Below, one piece after another: positions 29,062-44,000 of a stretch of DNA of 64,000 bases. Both the position numbers and the translations under genes were made by a program. Positions within the stretch are counted from its first letter, which is position 1. Each line of letters opens with the position of its first letter. The DNA comes from Candidatus Obscuribacteraceae bacterium (GTDB lineage Bacteria; Cyanobacteriota; Vampirovibrionia; Obscuribacterales; Obscuribacteraceae), in contig JBGAHS010000005.1 in assembly GCA_044226015.1 (NCBI GenBank), positions 512,001 to 576,000 on the forward strand, written 5' to 3'. The notes under the pieces are model-generated. The model made no database searches, was not told where the DNA came from, and was given only the letters and a program-made list of their open reading frames with translations.

Positions 29062-32000
29062 CTATATGCGGCTTGCCTTCCTCAGAGCTGGATTTGCTTG
29101 TTGGTAGGCGCCTTTGTTGGGCATTAATTTTAGTACAACTGCGGCGTTTTTAAGCAGCTTATCGTACAGGGCTCTGTCACTTGGTGACTTGGAATCCTTC
29201 AAACGCTTTAGAACTTCGAGTTGCCAGATTGCTGAAGGAAGTGAATATTCTGAAACAAATGCTTTAGAACTGTCGTGCATGGTGTGAACACTCACATTTC
29301 GGACACCAAGTTCTGGTAGCACGCTCGCTTCTTGGAAGCTGTCGGCGTCACGGCTAATCGTCAATTGTTCGCAGGTACGAAGCTGAAACTCTTGACCATT
29401 GCGAGTAACAGTGATGTCTCCCGTGTGGTTGTCGTGTAGGCTCATGACACTGAGGCTGTTACCGTTATCGATAACGTATGCTGCTGAACCCTTGGCGACT
29501 GTAATTAGCAGGTCACCAGCTTTTGCTTTGGCTGAGTGGTCTGTTGGAGCCAACAATACATTTGAAGCAGTTACCTGTCGGTTAGGCAGTTTGACAAGTG
29601 ATTGGACGAACGCAACAGGGCTGAACTCTGCGGCATCGTGAGCTTTAGAGTCTCCATTTTGCAGCTTGTCCGCAATCTTTCTCTTCTCTCTTGATGGCGA
29701 TGGACTTGCATCTTCTCCATCATCTAGCAAAGTAATTGTGCCACTGGTTCCGTTGCTGCCTGGTATTGTCCCCGTGCCGCCAGAGCCACCCTGTACCAGA
29801 GTGGCACCATAGGAAGCTAATGTTGGTATCAAAACCGGTGCAGTCAGGAATACTGTGCCACCGTTGCCGCCGTTACCACCGTTTCCGGTAGTTCCATTTG
29901 CACCTGTGACGGTGCCGGTTCCACCAGCACCACCAGCTCCGCCAGCTTGCCCGTTTCCACCACTTGCTGAGAGCAGACCTGTCACCGTGTTGACAATCTT
30001 GTTGCCGATGAGGCTTATGGAGCCGGCTGATCCCCCAGCACCACCATTGCCACCATCACCACCCTTGCCACCAGTTGTGCTGCTCGCTGTTCCCCCAGCA
30101 CCGCCTATGGCGGTCGTTCCGCCGTTATTGCCTGATGCAATGAGAGAGCCAGCTACAGTTATTGTCGGAGCAGAAACAGACACTGTTCCGCCCGTGCCAC
30201 CTGCGCCGCCATCGCCTGCCTTACCGCCAGCGCCGGCACTGCCTGCAGCGCCTTGTGGACCGCCCGCACCACCAGGTGCTGCGTTGCCACCAGTGCCGCC
30301 TCTGACAGAAATTCCGAAGAGAACTGAACCTGAGCTGCTGATTAACTGGAATGAACCACCGTTACCACCAATTCCGCCACTTCCGCCAATTCCACCTGAG
30401 CCGCCGCCGCTGTTAATGGACCCAGCGCTTGCCGTTCCACCGTTTCCAGCGTTTCCTCCAGTCATTGATAATGTAGGCAAGCTTATTGAGCCAGACCCCG
30501 ACTTCCCTATGAAGATGCCGCCAGAACCGCCGTTGCCGCCTTTACCTCCAGCACTACCGTTCACTGCTATAGCGCTCGATGCGCCGTTAGCACCTGCAAC
30601 GCCAGCGTTACCGCCCACGCCACCATTTCCGCCACTGACTTGGACAGATGAGCTTGGCAATAACGAGATAGAACCCGTTGTCGTTGTGATGGTCATAGCA
30701 CCTGCCGAGCCGCCAGCTCCGCCATTACCACCGATTCCTCCGGTGCCTGCGGTGCTGGCAGCCAGAAGTCCTGTGCCGCCAAGCCCTCCAGTACCACCGC
30801 TTCCGCCGCCATTACCGTTGGCAGCGAGTGAAGGAAGATTGAACATTGATACAGCATCCAGCACGATGCTTCCCGCGCCGCCTCCGGAGCCACCAGCGGC
30901 CGCTCCAGAGCCGCCACTACCGGCAATGGCAGCGGCTGAACCACCGAGTCCACCGGTAGAAGCGCTGCTTCCGGCCCCTCCATTGGCGTCTATGGAAGGA
31001 CTTCCGTCCTGCCCATTGCTGATGCTACCCAAAGAAGCCGTCAAGATAATTGCTCCGCCGTTGCCACCGTTACCGCCTGCACCAGCTGCTCCGCCTGCCC
31101 CACCTAATCCAGAGGTAGCCGCTGCAGCCACTGTGCCACCGGCACCACCGTTGCCAGCGTTACTGCTGTTGCCTCCTCCCACTGAGAGGGAGTAGCCGGT
31201 TCTGGCTAGAGCAGAAATACTAGATTGAGAGCTTGAAATGTTAATTACTCCACCCAAACCTCCTGAACTGGAGTCTCCAGCGTTTCCTCCTGCTCCACCT
31301 TTGCCATTTACTCCGCTTGGTGCAGTGACACTTCCACCGGCACCACCGGCGCCTCCATTGGCTCCGGTGCCACCTTTGGCAGTGTAGTTACCGCTGAGCT
31401 GAACTAGCCCAGGGGCGGAAATTGTAATGAAACCGCCGTTGCCGCCAGCGCTCGCGTTAGTGCCAGCTGTTGCTGTTCCGCCAGTTTGAGTCCCCGCGCC
31501 GCCTAAGCCACCGTTGCCACCGTTTGCACCCGCACCGCCTGTTGCACTCATCACGTAGTTGTTGTAAACAGAGATTGTTCCGAATGCTTTAGTTCCTGTT
31601 GCCGTCACCGTTATCGAACCGCCCGCGCCAGAAGTACCAGGCGTTTGCGCCAGACCGCCTGCACCACCAGTGGCTCCATTGCCGCCTGTTCCACCCGTGC
31701 TTCCGGCTCCGGCATTTCCTCCATTGGCAATAATTCCTGTGCCTAGTCCGATTGGTTTTGTCAGAGAGACTGAGAGTCCGCTAATTGAGATGGTTCCTGC
31801 GGAGCCTCCGTTGCCGCCTGTTTGTGAAAGTCCTCCCACTCCACCAGTTCCAGTCACTGTGTCTCCACCGTTACCGCCACCAGCAGTGGAACCACCTGAC
31901 CCGCCAGTAGCGCTCACAGTGTTGTTTATATTGATGGCAGACTTTAAGCTTGTGATTGAAATCAATCCGGCGTTGCCACCATTACCACCGCTAGCGCCAG

Positions 32001-35000
32001 CACCTCCGGTTCCGCCTGCGGCAGTGCCTGTAGATGTTCCACCATTGCCGCCTTTTATTGCAATAGCAGTAGAGTTGCCTCCATCAGCAATTAAAGTGGC
32101 TGCCGCACCGAGTGTTATGCTTCCTGATGTTTGAATCTTGATTGCAGGAGTTAGTACAGTGGCTTTTGCTGAGCCAGCTGAAAGTCCGAAACCAACTCCG
32201 CCACCGACGCCTCCTGGCGCATTGGCTCCGGTTCCTGCGCCTCCAACTCCGGCTGATCCCGTTATGGCTCCGGCGCCGCCTGCTGATGTGTTGATAGCTC
32301 CAAACAAATTGACTGCGCCACCACCGATGCCTGTGGCGTTGATGCTGAAAGTACCGCCATCTCCAGCTGTGACGCCAACTGTGGTTTGCATGAGTCCAGC
32401 GTTACCACCGCCTGTGGCGCCGCTTCCTCCGTTAGCACCAACGATTGTTGCTGTGTTGATTGCACCTCCACTCAGGTTGACTGCAGGCAGTGAAATGTTG
32501 CCTGAGATTGTGTTGACACTGAAGCTGCCGCCTGAGCCTGCGGCTAGTGTTGAACTGAAGCTGAGTCCTGTACCGGCTGCTCCACCTTTACCAGAACTGC
32601 TGGCTCCCCCAGCCCCAGCAGCGAAGGCCGCTGAGTTCGATGCGCCACCCGGAGCTGATACGGTCACTCCGCTTGCACCTAGCTGTATAGCTCCCGTAGT
32701 GCTAGATAAGCTGATGGAGCCGCCATCACCTGCTTTGCCTATGATGCTTCCTGTGCCACCGACACCTCCTGTGCCGTTCGTAGCGTCACCACCTTTACCA
32801 GCTGTCGAGGTCAGTGAATTGGAGGCTCCACCGTTAGCCGAGAAACTGCCGGAAATTGCTGCTGTGATGCCACCAGTGGTGGTAATCACTACCACTGAGC
32901 CACCCGCGCCGCCGCTGCCGCTGACTGCACCTGCGCCCCCGTTGCCGCCCCCACCGACGGCGGAGCCGCCTGCTAGCTGGTTGCCGCCTGCGCCTGCATT
33001 GCTGTTTACAGTCCCGCTACCACCACCGCTTGCGTTGACACTTAGAAGAGAAGCTCCAATAGCTTGCAGCAGTATTGATCCGCCTTTGCCGCCGCTGCCA
33101 GACATTGCAGCATTTCCACCAGCGCCTCCAGCAAAAAGTCCAACTCCGCCCGCACCGCCGGTAGCGTTCGGGGAACCGGCGTTGTTTCCAACGGCTGAGA
33201 GGGTAAATTGACCTGCAATGTTACCTTTTAGTGCAGTCAAAACTATGGAACCGCCATCGCCGCCGTTTCCGCCTATGGCTGCGTTGCCACCTTTTCCACC
33301 GACTGCAGTTGCAAGACCAGTTGTGACACCCGCACCACCTGTACCACCACTGCCATTAATTGCTCCGAGTAGAGTACCGCCATTCACTGACAAAGTGGAA
33401 GTCGCTGCATTTGTACTCTTGTAAATGCTTCCGTTTGTCGAGCTTGCAATAAATTGTCCACCGACACCTGCGTTTGACTGAACTCCAGCACTTCCGCCGT
33501 TGCCACCACTTCCGCCAGCGGCGTTTCCATTGGCATTTCCACCGAGTCCGGCTCCGCCGGTTAAAGAACCGAGGTTGCCGCCATTGTTTGTCACACCAGC
33601 AAACATATAGATGTTTCCACTGGCTTGAAGACTAATACTGGCTCCTTTGCCACCCGTTCCTACGTTTCCAGCGTTACCACCGTTACCGCCATTAGAACCA
33701 GTTCCAGCATTTCCTGCTGTACCATTGTTTCCGCTTTGACCGCCCGTAGAGTTTATAGCACTGCTACCATATGTGGTGCTTGAACCGAAATCAAGATTGC
33801 CCTTAAGAACTGTATAGCTTATGAGGGAAGACGAGTCACCGCCATTGCCACCATTGCCCCCGTTGCCGCCGATGCCTCCAACACCTGATCCCGCTCCGTT
33901 ACCTGCGGCTGCGCCTTGACCGCCATTGCCACCATTACCGCCACCGCCTGTCATGTTCGAACCATACGCCATTATGAGCGCTGTACTGGCTTGCCAACTC
34001 GCAAAACCAGCGTTTCCACCGATGCCACCATTTCCGGCGTTTCCGCCATTGCCACCAGCAGCGTTAGCTGCCGCTGTGCTAGATGCAGTGCCACCATTTC
34101 CGCCGTTGCCACCGTTACCACCTGTAATCGAAGAGCCGCTGTTGAGATTTATTCTCATGGCAGAGACGGCAATAACTCCGCCATTGCCACCATTACCACC
34201 GTTGCCTGCAGCTCCGCCGTTACCGGTCGCTCCAACGCTTGATGCTCCTCCATTACCGCCGTTGCCGCCAGTATTCGCGGAGCCTCCACCGGCAGAAAGT
34301 GCAATTGAGTAGATGCCAGCCTGGCTTCCCTCTCCGCTAGTCATTGAGCCGAGAGGCAGCGACACGTTGACTACACCGCCGTTCCCACCAGCGCCTCCTG
34401 CTCCGCCGAGTCCGCCTTTGCCAGATGCTCCGGTGCCTGCAATAGATGCGCCGCCTGTACCGCCAGCGCCACCTGCTCCGCCGTTGCCCGCAGACGAGTT
34501 CAGGTTTATACCAGTGATAGTGGCAGAGAGACCTCCATTTGAGGAATTGATATTGATGACGCCACCAGTGCCGCCAGTACCACCAGAACCGCCATTACCT
34601 CCCTGACCTGAAGCGGCACCTGACGATTTGCCGCCAGTACCACCGGCACCACCATTGTTGGCTGTAGACCCTGCTGCCTGCGTAGTTCCAGTCTGCAATA
34701 TGATGCCGCGTGTGCCGGTGAAGTTGATGATACCACCGTTGCCAGCTGCTCCACTGGCTCCGCCGTCACCTCCTGCGCTGCCTGTGACCCCATCTGCTCC
34801 GGTCCCGCCAGCAGCACCTGCATTTGTAAACCCTCCGTTGGCAGTAATATTCCTCGCTACGTAGAGGGTACCACTGGTAGAATTCAGCGTGATTACGCCT
34901 CCGTTTCCAGCCGCACCACTGGCTCCGCCGCTGCCTGCCGCTCCGGCTTTCGTGGTTCCTGACGTGGCATTCGCCCCGCCAGCACCAGCTGCAGCTGTGC

Positions 35001-38000
35001 CACCATTGAGCGTGATTGTCGGCGTAACCAGATCATTCTTAGTAGTTATCTGCAAGCTACCACCGTTGCCGCCGGCACCACCTTTACCGCCTGAGCCTGA
35101 GTCTCCGCTTATTGAAGAGGATCCGCCTGCACCACCAACTGCTGCGGCGCCACCATTTCCTCCGGTGAGGGTGAAGGTTGAAATGCTGCTCATCGATAGT
35201 GCATTAAGAGTCGCGGTTCCGCCAATGCCTCCTTGACCACCATCACCGCCCTTGCCTCCGATGCCACCGTTTGTAGTGGCGCCTGTTCCGCCGGTCGAGC
35301 CAGCACCGCCGGTGCCGCCTGTGCCTCCACTCAGGGTGAGATTTCCAATCATTGTTACAGTTCTGGTCGGGGCTGATATCGTGATAGAGCCACCATTTCC
35401 GCCGGCTCCGACTGAGCCCAGGCTGAGTCCACTGGCTCCTGCGCCGCCATTGAGACCGCCTGCACCACCGCCTACCGCTGGAATAGTGGACCACGCGCCC
35501 CCAGCTCCACCGTTAGACTGCAAGTTTCCAACTGCGACTATGTTTTGTGCTGAGTTTATCAGGAGAACTCCGCCGTTTCCGCCATTGCCGCTGCTGGCGT
35601 ATGCCCCGCCATTGCCGCCAGTTCCTTGTGCGTCTGCATCCGCTCCGCCAGCACCTGGCGTCGCATTTGCCAGGTTCTGAACTGCACCACCGTCCAGAGT
35701 GACATTTCCGAGTAGCCGGACGTAGTTAGTCGAACTCTTGGCGTTAATTGTGATGTTTCCGCCCGTACCGCCTGCATCTACCGGCACCAGCGAGCCGCCG
35801 TTACCTCCCTTTGTCGCCCCTGATGGAGCGCCTGTACCCCCTGCGCCACCCGCACCGGCTGCGGTGCCTGCAGAGTATCCAGTGTTCGAGCCACCATTTA
35901 CACTCACTCCTGCTAGCAGCATTCCGCCAGTATTGGAATTGATTGTGATGCTTCCACCATTGCCGCCTGCTCCGGTAGTTCCAATATTTCCACCAGCACC
36001 GCCGTCGCCCTTCGTGGCAGACCCCCCGGCACCACCGCTCAGTCTCGAGCCCGCAGAGTTGCCACCGGTAGCGTTCAGCCCATTTCCGTTCATGTCAATT
36101 ACTGCTGAGTTGGCATTCAGTACTATGCTTCCGCCATTGCCACCATTACCAGCTGTATCACCACTGCCGCCAATACCGCCAAATGTGTTACCTGAGCCGC
36201 CTTTGCCAGCATTGCTGGGGTTCTGAGACAGAGGAGATGTCCCGCTCGCCGCTATTGTGCCAGCGGCGAATATGCCTCCGAGGGTAGCAGTGATTGTTAT
36301 TGAACCGCCATTGCCTCCGGAGCCAAGCATTCCTATACTACCGCCATTTGCTCCGGCGGAGTTGGTGCCAGCATTGCTTATACTGCCGCCATCGCCAGCT
36401 TTCAAAGTAATAGTGTTTGGATTGCCTCCGCTTGCATTTGCGACTATGTTTTGGATGTTCCGTGCAGAAACGGTGACAGTGCCACCATCTCCTGCCGAAC
36501 CGGTCACTGTTCCAAGACCAAAACCAAGCAACGAACCTCCAACGCCTGCGCTGAGTCCGCCGCTTCCGCCATTGCCTGCTTGAACTGTAGAACCACCCAG
36601 CGTGGCGCCGCCACCGAGAGCCGATAGTGTGAGGTTGTATGTGGACGCTATGTTGCCTGAGGCATTTATGACTATCTTGCCGCCGGCTCCGCCATTTGCT
36701 CCAAATCCACTATTTCCGCCAGCGCCACCAGCGCCGGTTGCACCGGAACCGCCATTGCCGCCATTTCCACCAACACCGGAGTTGCCGCTATTTCCACCGT
36801 TGAAATTCAGGTTTGCATTGTTTGGCGAAGCTATGATGTCGGTTCCAGCACTAAAGTTAAGGTAGCCACCTTTGCCCCCTGCGCCGACAAGACCTGAATT
36901 AGCACCATCTCCACCCTTGCCATTCACGTCACTGGCTGCGCCACCAGCTCCACCGGCTCCACTTGAGCCACCATTACCTCCAAGGGAATTCATTGTCGAC
37001 ATATAAACTGCTTTGGCAGCCTTAATTGTTATTGTAGGAGTAGCGCCAGCGTCCGCCGAACCGCCCTGACCTCCGTTGCCGCCGAGTCCGCCAGCGCCAC
37101 CAGCATTCACTCCGCTTCCGCCGGCTCCACCCGCTCCACCAGACGCTCCAACGTTACCGCTGAATATGAAAGTCCCATTTCCCGATGATTGGTCGATATT
37201 GAAATTGATTGAGCCAGAGGTTGAAGTTATTGCGGTGATTGGTGCATCGCTTGAAGAACCTGCATTTCCGCCAGCGCCGCCAGCGCCACCGGTACCGTTA
37301 ACGCCAGAAGAAGTTCCACCTGCTCCGCCCTTACCTCCCGTCGCCGTGGCGCCTGAATTCCCCGCAGTAATTGAGCCTTGCGAGGTAAAGCTTATATCCT
37401 TAGCCGCCGAAATGGTTATGAGCGATCTGCTCGCACTGGCCGCACCGCCAGCGCCACCAGCCCCTCCTGCTCCGGCAAATAAGCTGCTATTGGCTGCACC
37501 ACCGGCGCCACCGTCTCCTCCAGCTCCGCCTGAAGCATCAACCTGCTGAATAGTGGTGTCATTGAATGTAATGCCCCCAGCTGAAGATGTGATGCTGAGG
37601 TTGCCGGCTACTGCGCCTGCACCGCCCTTTCCTCCTGCACCACCTGCGCCTGCACTTCCGACAGCCGATGTCGAAGAGCCGCCAGCAGCGCCAGTGCCAC
37701 CGGTAGCTGGCGCGGACGTGACATTAATGAATCGAGAATTGCCAAACAGCGTTATGCCTTTACTGGCCGCAATGGTGACGTTGGGTGTGCTCGCGCTGTT
37801 AGCTGCATTGCCTCCGGCACCACCAGCACCACCAAGGTTGTTAGCAAATGTACCTGAGCCGCCAGTGTTTCCGTTTCCAGGTGTTCCGCCCTTGCCCGGG
37901 GTCGGAGTTGTGCCCGAGACCAATATTCCTGTGTTCAGAAATGCATTGATCGTAGACACTGATACTGTTATCTTTCCGCCTGCGCCACCGTCGCCGGCTG

Positions 38001-41000
38001 AGCCCCCCGAGCCGCCAGCTCCGCCTGAGAACGAACCTGCGCCACCCGTGTTCTGTCCAGCAGCTCCGCTGCCGCCGTTGGCGCCAAGACCACCGCCAGC
38101 ATTGATGTAGAATGAGCCACCACTGCTGAGTAAGCTAGCCGTGCTGCTACCTATAGTTATGCTGCCACCGACACCGGCTTTGACTCCTGCTCCTGTTCCT
38201 CCGTTCCCGCCGTTGCCGCCAGCGGCCAGAGTAGCTGAGCTTGCAGCGCCGCCAGCCCCGCCGACTCCTGCTGATGAGCCGTTGGCAAGCAAAGTGAGGT
38301 CGGCCATCGCCAGGATGTTAGCACCAGAATTGATGATGATATTTCCAGCGTCTCCTCCTGCCCCAGCGGCGCCGCCATTTCCACCGTTACCACTCTGGTT
38401 ACTTAGTGCAGCTCCGTTGATACCGCCTGCGCCACCAAGTCCACCGGTACCAATGGACGATGCTTGGGCCTGTCCTTTTGAGCCGCTGGTGCTTATAAAT
38501 GTAGCTGCGCTGATGTTAATTCCGCCTGCCGCTGTGATAGTTATGTTTGAACCTGAACCCGATTTGCTACCTATTCCGCCATTGCCACCGTTGCCACCGT
38601 CACTGCCGCTGCCACCATTTCCGCCTGCGCCACCGATGCCAGGTAGTCCACCCTCTGCAAGAATATTATTTTGCAATGTGATCAAGCCGCCAGAGCTAAG
38701 GCTTATAGAATTTGCATCACCAGCCGTACCACCGTTGCCGCCGTCGCCACCATTTGCACCTGTTTTGGTGGCTGATGTGCCACCGGTACCTCCGGCTCCA
38801 CCTGATGCGCCGGAACCTCCGAAAGTGCTGATTGCGCCGACTGTGAGGTCGGTGCTAGCACTCATGCTGATGATGCCGCCTTTGCTGCCATCACCGCCAG
38901 CGCCACCGTTAGTGGACAAGCCAGCTTTAGTGCCACTGCCGCCTGTCGCTCCAACACCGCCAGTACCGCCGCTGCCGCCCAGATTCTGTATATTGCTTGT
39001 TGAAAGTGCGGTCAAAAATGATGTGGAGCTGAATGTCAAAGTTCCCGCCGAACCACCTGCGCTTCCAGAACTAGAAATTCCACCATTTCCGGAATTCCCC
39101 GCAACTGACGAATTACCTCCTACGCCACCAGCTGCGCCATTCCCACCATTGCCGCCACCGAAGTTCATGGTGACAGAACCAAGGTCTATTCCTTTTATAC
39201 CTGTAAGGGAAAGCACGCTACCGGTGCCTGCCACTCCTGCTGTGCCTGCAGCGCCTCCACTTCCACCGTCTCCGCTAACAGTCGATGAACCACCCGCTCC
39301 GCCAGCACCCGCACCACCAGCATTGCCAGCACGGTTGTTCCATTGTAATACTGGAGTTGCTGTAGTCAAAGTGAAGCCGTTAGGTGTACTTATTGCGAAG
39401 CTTGCGGCCTTGCCACCATTGCCACCACTACCTCCTGCTCCACCGGTGCCGCCATTGACAGCACCGTTGCCACCATTACCGCCAGTGCCACCAGAACCAC
39501 CGCGTCCGCCTGTTGCTCCAGACTGATTGTAGCTCATAGATCCATACAGACTCAGAGCATTAATGGTCACCGTACCACTGTCTCCACCAGCAGCACCTGA
39601 GCCGGCACTGGCACCTAGCCCGCCGTTGCCACCTGCTGTGTTTGCTCCCCCCGCACCACCTGCGCCACCATTGCCTCCGTTACCACCGAAGTTGCTTATG
39701 TTCAATCCCTGAACAGCCGTAATTGTTCCTGAGGAAAAGTTGAGCGATATGTTTGCCCCATTTCCCGCCGCTCCGCCGTCTACCCCAATAGCGCCATTGC
39801 CGCCGTTGTTCGCAGCACTAGAGCTGCTTCCGCCTGTGCCACCAGAACCAGCATTTCCACCGCCAGCGCCAACAGCAAACAAGCTAGTTGCTAAATTGGC
39901 GTTGAAAGAGCCGTTGCTTGAGCTCAGTGTTATGGTGCCTGCGTCGGCTCCGCTGCCTGGTAAACCTGCCTTGCCTGGATTTGCTCCACTATTGCCGCCG
40001 TTATTACTGTTGGACGCGTTTGTAGCTGAACCTGCTGCACGGTTTGCGCTTGCACTAATAGCCATAGCTGCTGCTGTATTGATATCTCCCAGCGCCGTGA
40101 TTGTGACAGTGCCACCTTTACCTGCGTTACCGCCGTCTCCCCCCTTGCCGGAATTTGCAGAGAAGGTAGCGGTGCTACCGCCTGTTCGTCCAGCCCCGCC
40201 GATGCTACTGCTTCCACCTTCAACCGAAATGTTTCCTGACAAAGTCACCTGTCCGGTGCTCGACGAAACAGTGAGTGAGCCGCCCAGTCCGCCTGAACCG
40301 CCTGCGCCACCGTCTCCACCAACTCCTCCGCTTGCAGCTGTGGAGTTGCCACCAAATCCACCTATATTGCCGCCACCGCCATTGCCTGCGAACGCAGAGA
40401 CTGCAGCTATAGATATATCGCCATTCGCAGTGATGCTGATCTTGCCACCATTTCCTGCTGTGCTTGCCGAGCCTCCCGCACCGCCTGCACCACCATTAAA
40501 GTTGGTTGAATTGGCACCAGAGCCTCCACCGCCAGCTCCTCCGCTGTTGCCACCGACCGCACTGATGCCACCTGAGGTGCTCACTGTGCCCGAACTACTG
40601 AGCAGCGTAATAGTGCCGCCATCGCTGGCTATACCACCGTTTCCGCCTTTGCTTCCGTTGCCTCCTGCGGCATTGGTGCTGGCACCGGCTGACCCGCCCG
40701 TTGCTCCTGTTCCACTGACTGCGCCATCAGCAACAAGTGCTCCGAGGCTCAGTCCATTCACAGCGCTTACGTCAATTTTCCCAGCAAGCCCACTGCTGCC
40801 TCCGCTGCCACCAACGCCACCAGAAAGTGCCGATATATTGATGCTGCTGCCTCCGCTGCCAGCGTTGCCGCCATTACCGCCCGTACCAGCCAAAGTTGAT
40901 AAGTTGGCATTGCCAGTTATAGTCGATGAGGCCGTCAGTGTGATGGTGCCAGCATTTCCACCGGAAGCTCCTGAGGATGCACTTCCGCCTGCGCCGCCAT

Positions 41001-44000
41001 TTCCATTAGATGCGTTAGAGCCATTACCGCCGGTACCAGAGTTGCCACCCGCACCAGCTGCATAAGAGATACTTGTGTTGTTCAATTTCATCACTGGAAC
41101 CGTCAGGGTCAGTGAAGTGCTAGAGCTACCAGCACCGCCAATGCCACCGTTACCTGCGTTTCCGCTGTTCCCAGCAGTGACGCTCGGTGCTCCACCATTA
41201 CCACCTGTACCGCCATTGCCGCCTGCGCCTGCTTTGTTGTTGATCACGGAACCATTAAGCAGAGTCAGGTCAGAGGTGCTTATCAGCAGGCTGGAATTGG
41301 TTCCGCCTGCGCCGCCCGAACCGGCGCTGCCGCCATTGCCACCATTAATAGTGAAACCTACACTGGTGCCAGCGCCACCTGCGCCACCATTACCACCATT
41401 GCCGCCTCTGCCGAAAGTAGAACTTGCAGGGTTCATTGAGAGTTGTGTTGAAATGGTCGGTGCCGAGAGAATAAATACTCCGCCGCTGCCACCATCGCCA
41501 CCAAACCCACCACTACCGCCAAATCCTGCATTTCCATTTGCGCCTGCATTGTCGGTGCCTGCTGAGCCTGCTGCTCCGCCTGCACCACCATTGCCACCGA
41601 AATTATTAACGGTCAAACCGAAAGTTGAGACTAGTGCAGTTCCAGTTTGAATCGTGACATTTGCGCCGTTGCCAGCGTTAGGAGCTGAGCCCAGAGTGTT
41701 CGAGCCTGCGTTGCCACCATTACCAGAGTTTGAGGCGAGTACTGTACCTTGTCCGCCATTTCCACCACTTCCAGAATTACCAATAGTAGAACCGTTAGCA
41801 TTGATTGTTACACCGCCATTCAAAGTGATTGTGCCAGTGCCAAGTCCAATTTGTATTTCACCAGCGCTGACTCCGGTGCCCGCTGCTGCACCGTTACCGC
41901 CATTGCCAGCTGACACTAAGTTAGCATTTCCGCCAGTGCCACCGGCGCCACCAGCGCCTGATGTTCCTCCAGAGCTGGTCAGGGTAGTTGTACCGGTGAA
42001 GGTGAGGTTTGAACTAGAGATAAGGTTGATCTGACCAGATGTGCCGGTGCTTCCACCTTTGCCACCTGCGCCTCCAGCACCGCCATTGGAGCTACTACCA
42101 CCTGAGCCGCCATTTCCGCCTGCTCCAGCGTTTCCACTGCTGCTTGATATGTTTCCAGATACAAAAATGTCATTTGCGCTGACGTTGATCAGAGCTCCAC
42201 TTCCAGAGGCTCCACCAACTCCGCCCAGTCCGCCGTTTGAAGCGAGTCCACCAGAGGAATTGCCACCACCGCCTGTGCCGCCGGCTCCACCGGATCCTCC
42301 AGTAGCGAACAGAGTCTGCAGCTCGGCAGTCAAGCCACCAGTCACCTGGATAGACCCTGCATTGCCCCCGGCACCGCCCGCGCCGCCGTTGGCACCGTTG
42401 AAACCTGCGGCTGTCGACGTGCCGCCTGCTCCGCCCGACCCGCCAGCCCCACCACTGGAGCCTACGGCACTGACTGGCATGGATACACTCACAGCATTGA
42501 TGGTGACGTTTCCGCCATTTCCGCCGTTCCCGCCATCTGCACCGGCTGTCGGCACTGCACCTGTCACTCCGGGCAAGCCTATAGACCCTGCTCCACCGTC
42601 AGCGCTCAGCACTGTGGTCGCGTAAGAGTTGAGTGCGTTGCCCGCGTTGATGTCTATGTTTCCACCTTTGCCGCCTGCAAGAGGTGATGAACTAGCGCCC
42701 TGAGTAAAACCAGTGCTTTGTACTGAGGACACTGTGATGTCCGAGTTAGCCTTGAGGCTGACATTGCCGCCGTTGATATTTGTCGAAGTTCCACTCACTG
42801 AAATGGAGCTGGATGAGCCCATCGAAATTAGTCCAGCATTGACATTGACGTTTGCGCTATTAGCTGCAATGTTGCTGCTTTGGCTGTACAGACCTGCCGG
42901 ATCTACTGCTCCTGCAGTCAGCGCGCCGGTTACTGCCCCAGTGGAGTCTGCTGTGATAGTGCCGCTAGGATTAGCCGTTGTAATGTTGATGTTTGGAGTA
43001 CCTGAAGTACCCACAGCAAGAATGGTGTTGACGGTTACTGTCGGAGCAATGATTGTCACATTTCCTGCAGTGTTCGCTGCCGCGTTTGTATTGATTGTTG
43101 TGCTTGTCAGGTCAATTTTGTTGGCAGTGGTTCCATACGCCGCGAGAAACACGTTGCCGCCAACTCCCGCACCAGGAGTGCTAGCGTCAATAGTCACAGT
43201 TCGACCAAGAGCTACGCAATTCGTACAATATATAGAACCGCCGGCGCCAGCTCCGGTTACACTGACTGTTTCACCTACCCCAATTTGTCCCGGGAATTGC
43301 GTTGCACTGCCAGGCGTTGCTACGAGGTTTGCACCCGCCACCATTGTTATGTCGAAGCCCTGCGTACCGGCGTTGCGAGAACGAATCGTCACGTTGCCGG
43401 AACTGGTGTCAAACACTATATCGTTAGCGGAAAGATAGGTGATTGCGGCGTCAAAGCTCTGTGTGCCTGTGAGGGTGATATTACCCGACGATGTCCAGAA
43501 TGTAGGGTCACCACTGAAGTTCGTGGTTCCTAAAGTGATGCCACCGCCAGTGGCTCCCACGTTTCCTGAACCCGCAAATGTGTTAATGGTACCAGATATG
43601 GTGTCGGCAGCGACCTGGACATTTGAACATCCAGCATTGATATTCAGCTCGTTAGATAGAAGGTTTCCACCAATCAGAGAAAGTGTGTCAGACGCTGTGC
43701 CATTCGTAAGTAAATTGATCGAATTCGTAGCGCTTAAGGTGCCCAGGGTGTTGTCGATGAGCAGATTGTTTGTTTGCGTGAGTGTGTTTTTCAGCTGGTC
43801 ACCAATCAAAGATGCGAGCTGCGAGTTAAGCGCAGCTTGAGAGAAAATGTTGATGTTGTTGCTGGCGCTTATTAGCCCCGTATTCTGAACGAAGCTGCTA
43901 GCAAGATTGACTGAACCCAACGCGGAAAGAACAGCCTGACTGCTGTCGACAGAAGTGTTGACGATGCTGTTGCCCGCGATGAGGTTAAGATTGCCTGAGC

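Noticed and set aside
43210..43232. CTNC motif in the 5181-aa protein as a heme c site
   Set aside because: It lacks the His of CxxCH; more likely a local disulfide.
29399..43840. Many long Pro-rich plus-strand ORFs (PPLPPAPP...)
   Set aside because: They are antisense shadows of Gly codons in the 5181-aa gene, with no independent coding signal.
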